DNA from: Longivirga aurantiaca
Lineage (GTDB): Bacteria; Actinomycetota; Actinomycetes; S36-B12; CAIYMF01
Assembly (NCBI RefSeq): GCF_042660085.1
Contig: NZ_JBHSTI010000001.1
Span: 2,591 to 34,590 of the forward strand
Direction: 5' to 3'
DNA: 32,000 nucleotides
Shown: positions 23,956 through 30,703 of the stretch, in pieces
How positions within the stretch are numbered: the stretch's first letter is position 1
Layout: each line of letters opens with the position of its first letter
The notes under the pieces: generated by a model
The model's database searches: none
What the model saw: the letters and a program-made list of their open reading frames with translations, nothing else
What the model was told of the DNA's origin: nothing
Position numbers and translations under genes: made by a program

Positions 23956-26360
23956 TGGGCCTGCCCGAGCACGACGTCGAGCAGCCGACGGAGCTCGCCG
24001 ATGTCGACCGGCTTGCCGATGTGGCCGTCCATGCCGCTGGTGCGGCACCGGTCGAGCACGGCGTCGTCCGAGCCGCCGAACATCGCGTACACCGGCACCT
24101 TGGCCACGGCTGGGTTGCGCGACCTGCGGATGCGCTCGGTCATGTCCGGACCGTCCAGTCCCGTCATGCGTGCAGACACGAGGACGAGCCTCGTGCCCGG
24201 GGCGGACTCGAGGAGCTCGAGAGCCTCCTCGCACGAGGCGACGGCGACGCCCGAGGTGCCCAGGCGCTGCAGCAGGCGCATGACGTGGCCGCGGCGCGGC
24301 TCGCTCGACTCGACGACGAGCACCGAGGGGGCGACCCGCACCGGGGTCTCGCGCACGTCCTCGTCCGAGGTGTCGGCGGCGACCTCCTCGAGGCGCAGGA
24401 CGAAGCGGAACGCCGATCCCACGCCGACGGCGGAGTCGACCACGATCTGCCCACCCATGAGCCCGACGAGCCGGTCGGCGATCGCGAGCCCCAGCCCGGT
24501 GCCCTCCTGGCTGCTGCGGGCCTGGACGAAGGGGTCGAAGATCGACGCGGCCTGCTCGGGCACGATGCCGGGGCCGGTGTCGCGCACCTCGACCTCGACG
24601 ACGGACTCCGGGCCGCGCTGGGACACCAGGCGCAGCGCGAGCGAGACCGAGCCGGACTCGGTGAACTTCACCGCGTTGCCGACGAGGTTGACGAGCACCT
24701 GCCGGAACCGCACCGGGTCGCCGAGCACGCGCGACGGCGTCCCGGGGTCGATCGACAGCGCCAGCTCGATTCCCTTCGCCCGCGCCTGCGGCCCGAGGAG
24801 GTCGACGACGGCCTTCGCGCTGTCGGCGACCGAGAAGGGCTCGGTCACGAGGTCGATGCGGCCGGCCTCGACCTTCTGCAGGTCGAGGATGTCGTTGATG
24901 ATCGACACGAGGTTGGTGGCCGACATGTCGATGACGCCGACGAGCTCGCGCTGCTCGCCGTCGAGGTCGGTCGTGCGCAGCAGGTCGACGGTGGCGAGCA
25001 CGCCGTGCATCGGCGTGCGGATCTCGTGGCTCATCGAGGCGAGGAACTGCGACTTCGCGTCCGAGGCTGCGATCGCCTCGTCGCGGGCGCGGGCGAGCGC
25101 CCCCTGGTAGAGCACGCGGTCGGTCGCGTCCCGGAACATCCAGAGCGCCCCGAGGTCCTGCCCCTCGGACACGATGGGCTGGAAGTCGAACTCGAGCACG
25201 CGCGATCCCGAAAGGGTCAGCGACTGGTTGGATGTGGGCCACCGACGCGCGGTGAGGGTCTCGGTACGCCGCAGGAACGCTGCCGGGTCGTCCTCGGGGC
25301 GCACGACCTGCGCGATGGCCGCGCTGATCGGAAGCCCGGTGAGCTCGTCGGGGTCGGCCTCGGAGCGGAACATCTGGCAGAGCATGGCGTTGGCCATCAC
25401 GATGCGTCGCTGCCGGTCCTCGACGAGCACGCCCGACTGCATGTGGTCGAGGAGCGTGGTGAGGCGCGACATCGTGTCGTGCAGCTCGATCTCCGCGGTC
25501 TTGGTCTTGGTGATGTCGAGCATGAAGCCGAAGCGGCGTCGTCGCCCGTCCTCGTCCTCGACGACGGTGTCGACCGCCCGGGTCCAGACAACCTGACCGT
25601 CGGCGCACAGCAGCCGAACCTCCTCGTCGTACGGGCTGTCGTCCGCCTCGGCGGCGCGGTTGGCCGCCCAGGCCCGCTCGCGGTCCTCGGGGTGCACGAC
25701 CACCCGGAAGAAGAAGGCCTGCTCGGTGAGCCACCGGCGTACGGGGTAGCCCAGCCAGTCGACCACCTGGGGGCTGATGAACTCGGCCACCGACTCGTCG
25801 CCGAGGGTGTCGATGTACATCACGAGCGGCTGCAGCTCGACGATGCGGCGGTACTGCGCCTCGGCCCGGGTGAGCATCCGGTTGGCATCACGGAGCTCGG
25901 TGGCCGACCGCTGCAGCTCGGCGTTCAGCGTGCGCAGGTCGTCGAGGCTGCGCTCCTGGCCGCGGCGCAGGAACAGCAGGTCGGGGGTCTGGTCGACCGG
26001 GGAGAAGTCCGCCGCGGACAGCCCGAGACGATCGAGCTCCTGGGACGAGGAGACGATCGGGTTGCCGATGAGCAGGACTCCGGGCGGGTCCGAGACGTCG
26101 ACCGCCTGGAAGCGCAGCCGGGGACCCTCGGGCAGCAACCGCATGAGCAGCATGGAGTCGCGGTGGTCGCGGATCTGCTCGATCGTGGACACGCCGAGGG
26201 GGCGGACCACCTCGAGCACCTCGAGGAGCGGGCGACCGACCAGGTCGACCCCGAGGCGCGCCCACGACGGGCCCTGCCGGACGACGACGAGGTCCTCGTC
26301 GCACAGCACCCCGAACGGTGCCGCGCGGTCGAGGTCGTCGTCGCGGAGCTGGATGCTCAC
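23952..26360 (-). CDS. Sensor histidine kinase: HNOBA - coiled coil - PAS - PAS - HisKA - HATPase_c - degenerate receiver
   Basis: An 802-aa protein. Its GTG at 26360 overlaps the H-NOX stop in a GTGA junction. The N-terminus, APFGVLCDEDLVVVRQGPSWARL...LLEVLEVVRP, closely resembles the sGC HNOBA domain (FPFH.IFDRDL.V.Q.G..L.R....F.LVRP). The kinase core is canonical: H-box SHEIRTPMHG, N box LVGNAVKFT, G1 DTGPGI, F box FDPF and G2 GTGLGLAI. The C-terminal receiver-like domain has Ser in place of the phospho-accepting Asp (LVLVSARMTGLDG). Confidence 0.9.
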   Translation of the reverse strand: MSIQLRDDDLDRAAPFGVLCDEDLVVVRQGPSWARLGVDLVGRPLLEVLEVVRPLGVSTIEQIRDHRDSMLLMRLLPEGPRLRFQAVDVSDPPGVLLIGNPIVSSSQELDRLGLSAADFSPVDQTPDLLFLRRGQERSLDDLRTLNAELQRSATELRDANRMLTRAEAQYRRIVELQPLVMYIDTLGDESVAEFISPQVVDWLGYPVRRWLTEQAFFFRVVVHPEDRERAWAANRAAEADDSPYDEEVRLLCADGQVVWTRAVDTVVEDEDGRRRRFGFMLDITKTKTAEIELHDTMSRLTTLLDHMQSGVLVEDRQRRIVMANAMLCQMFRSEADPDELTGLPISAAIAQVVRPEDDPAAFLRRTETLTARRWPTSNQSLTLSGSRVLEFDFQPIVSEGQDLGALWMFRDATDRVLYQGALARARDEAIAASDAKSQFLASMSHEIRTPMHGVLATVDLLRTTDLDGEQRELVGVIDMSATNLVSIINDILDLQKVEAGRIDLVTEPFSVADSAKAVVDLLGPQARAKGIELALSIDPGTPSRVLGDPVRFRQVLVNLVGNAVKFTESGSVSLALRLVSQRGPESVVEVEVRDTGPGIVPEQAASIFDPFVQARSSQEGTGLGLAIADRLVGLMGGQIVVDSAVGVGSAFRFVLRLEEVAADTSDEDVRETPVRVAPSVLVVESSEPRRGHVMRLLQRLGTSGVAVASCEEALELLESAPGTRLVLVSARMTGLDGPDMTERIRRSRNPAVAKVPVYAMFGGSDDAVLDRCRTSGMDGHIGKPVDIGELRRLLDVVLGQAQ

Positions 26361-26914
26361 GGTGCCCCGGACGCCGTCAGCCGTACGTGGAAGACCTCGT
26401 GGTCGGTGCCGTCGGACGCGACGGCGTCGTGGGTGACCGCTGCGGGCGTGCCGTAGAGGTCGCCGAGCCCTTCGAGCAGGCCCACGACGAACGGCACGAG
26501 CCCGGCCCGCTCGGACCGGTAGTGGACGTCGAGGCCGTCCTCACCCGTCTCGACGACGTCGAACGACGGCGGTCGCAGCTCCGGGTAGAGCGACTGCAGC
26601 CGCGCGTGCATCTCGTCGAGGTTGCGCAGCACGGACGCCACGTCGGTGCCCGTCGCGCCCAGGATGTCGCCGTAGCTCTCGGGCCCGACGCGGGTGGACC
26701 AGTAGTGGCCGAACCCGCGCAGCAGGTCCTCGGCCGGTGCGTCGAGCACCTCGCTCGCGGCCCCGACGAGGGCGTAGGTCACCGAGTCGTCGTAGTAGTG
26801 CAGGGCGGCGAACGTCTGGCTGGTCTCGGCCCGGAGGGCGATGCTGCTCCAGGCGGCGGGGCCGGCGTTCTCCACGACGTGGCGGCGCATCGCCTCGTTG
26901 ATGAGCCCGTACAT
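26357..26914 (-). CDS. hnoX: H-NOX (heme nitric oxide/oxygen binding, HNOB) domain protein
   Basis: A 185-aa protein starting MYGLINEAM. The proximal-His motif is RNLDEMHARL. It has PPSF and the heme-propionate motif Y-x-S-x-R (HYRSER) followed by GL..FVVGLLEG. A GGAGAGGG SD lies 9 nt upstream of the ATG at 26914. The track start at GTG 26923 has no spacing to the SD. Confidence 0.9.
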   Translation of the reverse strand: MYGLINEAMRRHVVENAGPAAWSSIALRAETSQTFAALHYYDDSVTYALVGAASEVLDAPAEDLLRGFGHYWSTRVGPESYGDILGATGTDVASVLRNLDEMHARLQSLYPELRPPSFDVVETGEDGLDVHYRSERAGLVPFVVGLLEGLGDLYGTPAAVTHDAVASDGTDHEVFHVRLTASGAP

Positions 26915-26980
26915 CGACGGCACCCCTCTCCGACTCGACGGCGTGGCCGTGCGCCCGCGGCGGGCGGGCGGACGGTCGGA

Positions 26981-27667
26981 TCAGACCGGCTCGAACCGGT
27001 ACCCGACCCCACGCAGCGTACGGATGTGCCGCGGCGATGCGGCGGACTCGCCGAGCTTCTTGCGCAGCTTGCCGACGTGGACCTCGATGACGTGGTCGTC
27101 GCCGAACCACTCGCCCCAGATCTGCTCGAGCAGCTGCTCGCGGGTGAAGATGCGGCGCGGGTTGCCCGAGAGCAGGTCCAGGATGTCGAACTCGATCTTG
27201 GTGAGCTCGACCTCCTCGCCGTCGACCTTCACCTCGCGGGCCAGCGGATCGACGATCAGGTGGCCGAAGTCGCGGACCTCCTGCTGCGCGCGCTGACGGG
27301 GGCGGCGGCGCATCGCGCGGATGCGGGCGGCGAGCTCGCGCGGGGAGAAGGGCTTCGTGACGTAGTCGTCGGCGCCGACCGTGAGGCCCACGATCTTGTC
27401 GACCTCGTCGTCGCGCGAGGTGACCATCACGACGTACGCGTCGCTGAAGACGCGGAGCTGGCGGCACACCTCGACGCCGTCGCAGTCCGGGAGCGAGAGG
27501 TCGAGGATGACGAGCTCGGGCTTGCCGGCCCGGGCGAACTCCAGCCCCTTCTTCCCGAGCGGGGTCGCGACGACGTCGTACCCCTCCTTCTCGAGGAGAC
27601 CGCGAACGAGCAGGGTGATCTCTGGCGAGTCCTCGATGATGAGGGCTTGACCTCGCTGGGTGGCCAC
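26981..27667 (-). CDS. OmpR/PhoB-family response regulator (receiver + winged-helix DNA-binding domain)
   Basis: The receiver has ALIIEDS, LVILDLSLPDCDG, MVTSRD and YVTKPF. The C-terminal trans_reg_C region has LTKIEFDILDLL, REQLLEQIWG and IRTLRGVGYRF. I prefer the GTG at 27667 because a GAAAGGA SD lies 8 nt upstream. An alternative ATG is at 27718. Confidence 0.92.
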   Translation of the reverse strand: MATQRGQALIIEDSPEITLLVRGLLEKEGYDVVATPLGKKGLEFARAGKPELVILDLSLPDCDGVEVCRQLRVFSDAYVVMVTSRDDEVDKIVGLTVGADDYVTKPFSPRELAARIRAMRRRPRQRAQQEVRDFGHLIVDPLAREVKVDGEEVELTKIEFDILDLLSGNPRRIFTREQLLEQIWGEWFGDDHVIEVHVGKLRKKLGESAASPRHIRTLRGVGYRFEPV

Positions 27668-27864
27668 GATGCCTGTCCTTTCGCCTTGTCCGGTGACGGG
27701 GCGGACTGACTGAGACATCGGCGCGGATTGCGCGCGTCCTGAGTTACTCCGTCCGTGTTCCACCGGAAGTACCTCTCCGGTCAACTCCGTCGCTCACTTC
27801 ATCACATCCGCCTCTCGGGATGCTCAACGAGCGATCAGCGGACGAGAGCGATCGGAGAGGAACC

Positions 27865-27895
27865 GGTGACCGCGGCGTACGCCGACCCGGTCACC
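27865..27895 (-). terminator. Stem-loop overlapping the AI-2E transporter stop codon (possible terminator insulating the downstream RR operon)
   Basis: The 8-bp stem is GGTGACCG...CGGTCACC. It encloses the 10-bp palindrome GGCGTACGCC. There is no U-tract. Confidence 0.25.
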
Positions 27896-29072
27896 CCGAG
27901 GACGCGGGGTCCTCGACGACGTCGTACGTCGGCGCGTAGGTCTCGAGGAACGACATCACGATCGCGGCGACGGGAACGGCGAGGAGGGCACCCGCAGCGC
28001 CGAACAGCGAGGCACCGAACATGACCGCCCCGAACGACACCGCTGGATGCAGGTCGACCGCCTTGGCGCTGATCCTGGGCTCGATGGTGAGGTTCTCGAC
28101 CTGCTGGTAGAGCAGCGCCCACACCAGTGCGATGAGGCCGTCCTTCGGGTCGTCGGACAGCACGCCGATGAGCACCGGCAGCGCGATCGCGATGTAGGTA
28201 CCGATGGTGGGCACGAACTGCGCCACGATGCCGGTCCAGATGCCGAGCGGCAGCCAGTAGGGCATCCCGATGAGGTACAGCACCAGGGCCGTCGTGCTGC
28301 CGTTGATGAAGGCGAGCACGAGGCGCGCCGCGACGTAGCCGCCGGCCTTCTGGATCGCGGTGTCCCAGAGCTCGCTGTTGACCTTCTGCGCGCTGCGCGG
28401 CAGGAACTTCGCGATCCACCGGCGCAGGCGTGGGGCGTCGGCCGACAGGTAGAACGTGAACAGCAGCAGCGTGAACACGTTGAAGACCGAGCCGAGGAAC
28501 GTGAAGATCGCCCCGAAGATGCCGCCTGCCGCCCCGGCCGCCCACGACGCGATGGCGCCCGGGGTCAGCCCGATGCTGTCGAGGATCTTCTCCACGCTGA
28601 GGTCCGTCGAGAACTGCCTGTTGATCCAGTCGATGACGTTCGTGACGACGTCCGGCAGCGAGGTGATGAGCTGCAGCAGCTGCTCGACCAGCAGGTTCCC
28701 GAAGATCAGGAAGAAGACCACGGTGCCCAGGAGCGCGAGGATCATGATCAGGCCGGTCGCGAGGCCGCGCCTCATGCCCCGGCGCGCGAAGAAGCCGACC
28801 GCCGGCTCCATGGCCACCGACAGGGCGAACGCCATGATGATCGTGAAGAGCACGCCGCCGGCATCCTCGAGCACGAACATGAAGAACCAGACCACGGCTG
28901 CGATGACGAGCACCATCGCCGCCACGCGACGCAGGTTGCCCAGGTCGAAGACGACCGTGGCCTCGCGCTCGGGCGCCTTCACGCGGTCGGCAGCGCGCAC
29001 CCCGGGCGCCGTGCCGGGCGTGGTCTCCGCAGCAGCGATCTGATCGCCTGCAGTCTCGTCGTCGTTCGCCAT
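27891..29072 (-). CDS. AI-2E family transporter (PerM/YhhT, UPF0118)
   Basis: A 393-aa protein with about 8 TM helices. The charged N-terminal tail, and the FVPTIG and LLYQQVENLTIEPRI segments, are typical of AI-2E/UPF0118 proteins. A GGGAGGGG SD lies 6 nt before the ATG at 29072. Confidence 0.9.
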   Translation of the reverse strand: MANDDETAGDQIAAAETTPGTAPGVRAADRVKAPEREATVVFDLGNLRRVAAMVLVIAAVVWFFMFVLEDAGGVLFTIIMAFALSVAMEPAVGFFARRGMRRGLATGLIMILALLGTVVFFLIFGNLLVEQLLQLITSLPDVVTNVIDWINRQFSTDLSVEKILDSIGLTPGAIASWAAGAAGGIFGAIFTFLGSVFNVFTLLLFTFYLSADAPRLRRWIAKFLPRSAQKVNSELWDTAIQKAGGYVAARLVLAFINGSTTALVLYLIGMPYWLPLGIWTGIVAQFVPTIGTYIAIALPVLIGVLSDDPKDGLIALVWALLYQQVENLTIEPRISAKAVDLHPAVSFGAVMFGASLFGAAGALLAVPVAAIVMSFLETYAPTYDVVEDPASSG

Positions 29073-29267
29073 GTGCGTCCCCTCCCGGCGCTGGTCCCCC
29101 GGGCGATCGTAGAGGTGGGGCCGGGGGCAGGCGGGTGGTCGTGGCGCTACGGCTGGTTACGCGGGCGAGCGATCTCACAGCGGAGATCTCCCGACGGCCC
29201 GGCGACGGCGCCCGCGGGTCGCTAGCGTCGAACCCGTCAGCACGTCACGCCGCAGGACGGGAAGACC

Positions 29268-30494
29268 ATGCGCACGATCGCCCTCGAGGAGCTCGCCGGC
29301 ATCCTCGCCCCCCTCCCGACCCACCCCCGCGTCGTCGTGTCGGGCAACTTCGCCACGCCGCACGTGGTGCTCGCAGCCGTCGACGCCGCGCTGCCGACGT
29401 ACCGCCTGCACGCGCTGAACGCCCAGCCGGGGCTCCCCGACCGCGAGGGCGTGGAGATGGAGACGGCGTTCGTCGGGCCGGGCATGCGCAAGAGCCCCAG
29501 CCTGCGCTACATCCCGTCACGCCTCTCGCTGGTGCCACGGCTGTTCTCCACGACGTGCCCGCCCGACCTCGTCGTGCTGCACACCTCGGTGCCCGTCGAC
29601 GGCAAGGTGTCGCTCGGCATCGAGGTCAACATCCTCCCGGCCGCGATCGAGGCGGCCCGGGCACGCAACGCCCTCGTGGTCGCGCAGGTCAACCCGCAGA
29701 TGCCGTACACGTTCGGCGACGCCGAGATCCCTGTGGACCTCATCGACTACGCCGTCGAGGTGGACGCCGTGCTCACCTCCCCCGGCCTGATGGAGATCGA
29801 CGACGTGTCGGCCGCCATCGGAGAGCGGGTGGCCGCGCGCGTCCACGACGGCTCGACGATGCAGCTCGGAATCGGCGCCGTGCCCGACGCCGTGCTGTCG
29901 GGCCTCACCGGCCGACGCGGCCTGCGGGTGTGGTCGGAGATGTTCAGCGACGGCGTGCTCGAGCTCGACCGTGCCGGAGCACTCGACGCCGACGCGAAGC
30001 TGGTGTCGTCGTTCCTCTTCGGCTCCCCCGAGCTCTACCGCTGGGTCGACCGCAACCCCCGGGTCTCGATGCTGCGCACCGAGACCACGAACGAGCCGTC
30101 GCTCATCGCCCAGCGCCCCCTCATGACGTCGGTGAACACCGCGCTGCAGGTCGACCTCTACGCCCAGGCGAACGCGTCGCGCGTGAAGGGGAAGATCTAC
30201 TCCGGCTTCGGCGGCCAGACCGACTTCATCGTCGGTGCCCTGCACTCGCACGGCGGCCAGGCGATCCTCGCGCTGCGCTCGTGGCACCCGCGGGCCAACG
30301 TGTCGACGATCGTTCCCATGATCGAGGAGCCGGTGACCTCGTTCCAGGCCTCGGCCATCGTCACCGAGAACGGTGCCGCGTGGATCTGGGGCTACGACCA
30401 GAAGTCGCAGGCACGCCACCTCATCCGCGACGCCGCGCACCCAAACGTCCGCGACGAGCTCTGGGAGGAGGCCGCGGCCCTCGGCCTCGCCTGA
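29268..30494 (+). CDS. Acetyl-CoA hydrolase/transferase family protein (4-hydroxybutyrate CoA-transferase-like)
   Basis: A 408-aa protein. MQLGIGAVPDAV, SEMFSDG and GFGGQTDF are characteristic motifs of the AcetylCoA_hyd_C / CoA-transferase family. A GGGAAG SD precedes the ATG at 29268. Confidence 0.9.
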   Translation: MRTIALEELAGILAPLPTHPRVVVSGNFATPHVVLAAVDAALPTYRLHALNAQPGLPDREGVEMETAFVGPGMRKSPSLRYIPSRLSLVPRLFSTTCPPDLVVLHTSVPVDGKVSLGIEVNILPAAIEAARARNALVVAQVNPQMPYTFGDAEIPVDLIDYAVEVDAVLTSPGLMEIDDVSAAIGERVAARVHDGSTMQLGIGAVPDAVLSGLTGRRGLRVWSEMFSDGVLELDRAGALDADAKLVSSFLFGSPELYRWVDRNPRVSMLRTETTNEPSLIAQRPLMTSVNTALQVDLYAQANASRVKGKIYSGFGGQTDFIVGALHSHGGQAILALRSWHPRANVSTIVPMIEEPVTSFQASAIVTENGAAWIWGYDQKSQARHLIRDAAHPNVRDELWEEAAALGLA

Positions 30495-30612
30495 CCCGAT
30501 GTGGTCGACGCCGGTGGACGTCGTCCCCGGCTCCCCCTGCGCGTTCGTTCGTCCGCCTCGATGCGGTGCCTCGTGATGGATCGCGCTCTCTACGACGCGT
30601 TCCGTCCTTAGG

Positions 30613-30691
30613 GTCGGTGGTCGGCCGCAATCGGTTGTGGTTGCTGTGGATATCGCCTGTCGGTGGTCGGTGCATTGTCGGAGGTGGTCGG
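30613..30691 (+). repeat. Direct repeats GTCGGTGGTCGG (x2 exact, plus one GTCGGAGGTGGTCGG variant) immediately upstream of the DUF222/HNH gene
   Basis: Exact 12-mers lie at 30613-30624 and 30659-30670. The variant lies at 30677-30691. A degenerate TCGGTTGTGGTTG lies between them. The region has locally lower GC. Confidence 0.6.
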
Positions 30692-30703
30692 CATGATGGG
30701 GTC

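Noticed and set aside
23956-25734. The upstream 593 codons of the 1170-aa track ORF 22222..25734, which would make the GAF kinase twice as long.
   Set aside because: This part runs out of frame through the canonical HNOBA/PAS kinase gene and translates to Arg/Pro/Gly-rich sequence. The domain-bearing protein begins at GTG 23955, which overlaps the upstream stop in a GTGA junction.
21707-27709. ORFs 21707..23524(-), 22348..25110(+), 22877..24283(+), 23901..26456(+), 26318..27709(+) and 26541..27467(-) across the signalling locus.
   Set aside because: All are alternative frames or strands of genes with textbook HisKA/HATPase/REC/H-NOX/OmpR motifs, and none carries a recognisable motif of its own.
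27755-28024. The 89-aa plus-strand ORF in the intergenic region upstream of the response regulator.
   Set aside because: Most of it is antisense to the AI-2E transporter 3' end. Its tail is Arg/Thr/Ser-rich and it has no SD or promoter geometry.
27829-29173. The octamer GAGCGATC occurs twice just downstream (27829, 27846) and once upstream (~29166) of the AI-2E transporter gene, which could suggest flanking repeats.
   Set aside because: An 8-mer in 64 kb of two-strand GC-biased sequence is expected by chance about once or more. The copies have no extended flanking similarity and no inverted-repeat or target-duplication structure.
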